From positions 1 through 64,000 of the forward strand of contig JBPGPT010000020.1 of the NCBI GenBank assembly GCA_051047955.1: a stretch of 64,000 bases of DNA, written 5' to 3'. Source of the DNA: Cystobasidiomycetes sp. EMM_F5 (taxonomy: Eukaryota). The translations under genes were made by a program, and so were the position numbers. Shown here one piece after another: positions 62,330 through 64,000 of this stretch (the stretch's first letter is position 1; the number at the start of each line of letters is the position of its first letter). Under the pieces are notes generated by a model, which was not told the origin of the DNA, did not search any database, and saw nothing but the letters and a program-made list of their open reading frames with translations.

Positions 62330-63549
62330 TCATGCGATTTCTACGACACGTGGACCGTCAAAGCGTACCATCGCTTTGTCCCCAGCCTCAGAAGGCCACC
62401 CAATTGCCTTGCGTCCGTTGAGTCCGTTGTTCCCGTACGCCGTTGTTAAAAGAACACCAGGATGTCCGCCGCCAATGGTTCGCAGGGATGCCTCGGACGA
62501 TTTAGACGAGGCGGAACTGGTGAGAGAGGGGGTTTGAGAAGACACATTTGACGAGGAAGACGAATATGCTTTTGATACCACGCTTGCTGGTGTGCTCCTT
62601 TTCTTGATTCCGGAATTGGACCTCAGCACGAGTGCCTTAGACATTGGTTCGGGTCCCGGGTACCATGGCATCTGATGAATGACACCCAAGCCCCCAGACA
62701 CGGCGTCAGCATGACACACTACCTTCTTGGCCGGATCCGGAGCTCCCATAATGCGAAGCGGTTTTCGGCGCACAGTGCTGCTATGGTCGCTGCGAGCTGT
62801 CACTGTCGAGGCAGCTACCGGCATGCCGCTTACGGCTAGAGGCTTTCTATGATGTAGATTGTATGGCGCCGGCACATTGCTTGGCATGTGCATCAGCTCT
62901 CCACCCTGAGTGTCCAAATTTTCGAACCCCTTGCGAACGCCTTGAGGCATATGCCTGTATCGATGTTCGACATGAATCTGGCTTACACTGTCATTCCAGC
63001 CAGGCTCGTCCTGCGGTCGAGGCACAGTGTCAGCATCGGACGAGCGCTTGGAAGACCGCGCGCTTCATTATGACATACATCGTCTTCCTCACGTAGCGAA
63101 TCATCCATGGGGAGTATAGGAGCCTCTTGATTCGCCAAAGCCCGAGCTTGTACTTTTGCGGCCTTATGCTTTTTAGCTTCTCTCGCTTCACTGCGTCTCG
63201 CTTCAAGCTGTTTGCCCGCCACGTATTTTTCGTGTTCAGCTTGGCGAGCCGCCTCCATCTTGGCATGTGTTTTTCGTGCTTCTAGTCTTTGTGCTTCGAG
63301 ATCGAAAGGATTCACATGGTTCTCGCTATGCGACCTCTCTCGGTATTTCTGATTCGTCGGAGAGCTGTTTGCTGTTGCGGAAGGCCTGCGTATATCAGGT
63401 GAAGACCGCGCACGCTTACGTTGATGGCCACGTTGTGCGTGGTGCGCTCCATAAGCAGTGTTGCCGTAGCTGCCTGTCCCTCCCCCTCCTTCATACCGAC
63501 GAGAGCTGCTTATACCTAGCCATCCAAAGATTGAATTCAAGATTGACAT
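62330..63549 (-). CDS. Orphan basic low-complexity protein, 2 exons
   Basis: ORFs 62983-63549 and 62330-63025 join through a GTATGT...CTGAC...CGCAG intron at about 63012-63078. Confidence 0.6.
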
Positions 63550-64000
63550 AGTGTGTGTTTTGGTATGGACCAGCCGCCAGGGATTGTGTAGACGTCAGCT
63601 AAAGAGTCGAGGTAAGCTGGAAGCTCGGAGTATAGAAGCGAGCGAGGATGCAAACAGCAACTGATACGCATGCTGCCCGTATGGATGCATCGCCTAACGG
63701 CATTGCCTCGATGCCAATGTTGGACGGCATTGGGCCGATATAGGCCCCGATACTGAAGTATACGCTCGTCGCGCAGTCTGTCAAGTCGATCTTCCAATAT
63801 TAGTACGCAATGCGTTTCTGCGCCGTAGTCAGCAGTGCGATGAAAACAAGCAGATGAGGCTTTGATCACGATCGGGTGCAAGTAGTGATGGCTTTGCGGC
63901 TTCGCTGCATGATCAGTATGGAGATGTAAGACTGGTATATTTAACTTGACAAGGCTGAGGATATGAGATGGAGGAGTTGTCGTCTGTAGCGAAATTCTGA

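Overview
Gene-dense, intron-rich eukaryotic DNA from a fungus. The gene families, short introns (mostly about 45-120 nt), GTRAGY/GTAYGT donors and CTRAC/CTRAY branch points suggest a basidiomycete yeast (inference). I reconstructed about 28 protein genes by hand-splicing. Recognisable housekeeping genes: SDT1-type nucleotidase, ORC1, a LAM/GRAM-VASt sterol transporter, NOP10, a PNPOx-like protein, ribokinase, BOL2/FRA2, TSC2, a velvet factor, two head-to-head amidases, CAB2, a CitE/CLYBL-like lyase, SSP120, a YVC1-like TRP channel, HAT2/MSI1 and RAMP4. BOL2 is split into exons too small to appear in the ORF track, and only the first exon of NOP10 shows there. I found no transposon, rRNA, tRNA or CRISPR array. 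The most intriguing unexplained element is an approximately 340-nt intergenic segment (44913-45258). It folds into a multi-branched nested structure whose G-U pairs all favour the + strand and ends in T-runs, so it is a candidate non-coding RNA that I could not match to any family from memory. Other points of interest: a very large modular repeat protein, a SHOC1/Zip2-like gene and a SYCP3-like coiled-coil gene (possible meiotic genes), an orphan 7TM protein, and at least six GC-AG introns. All exon boundaries and family calls were made by eye and need HMM and RNA-seq confirmation.
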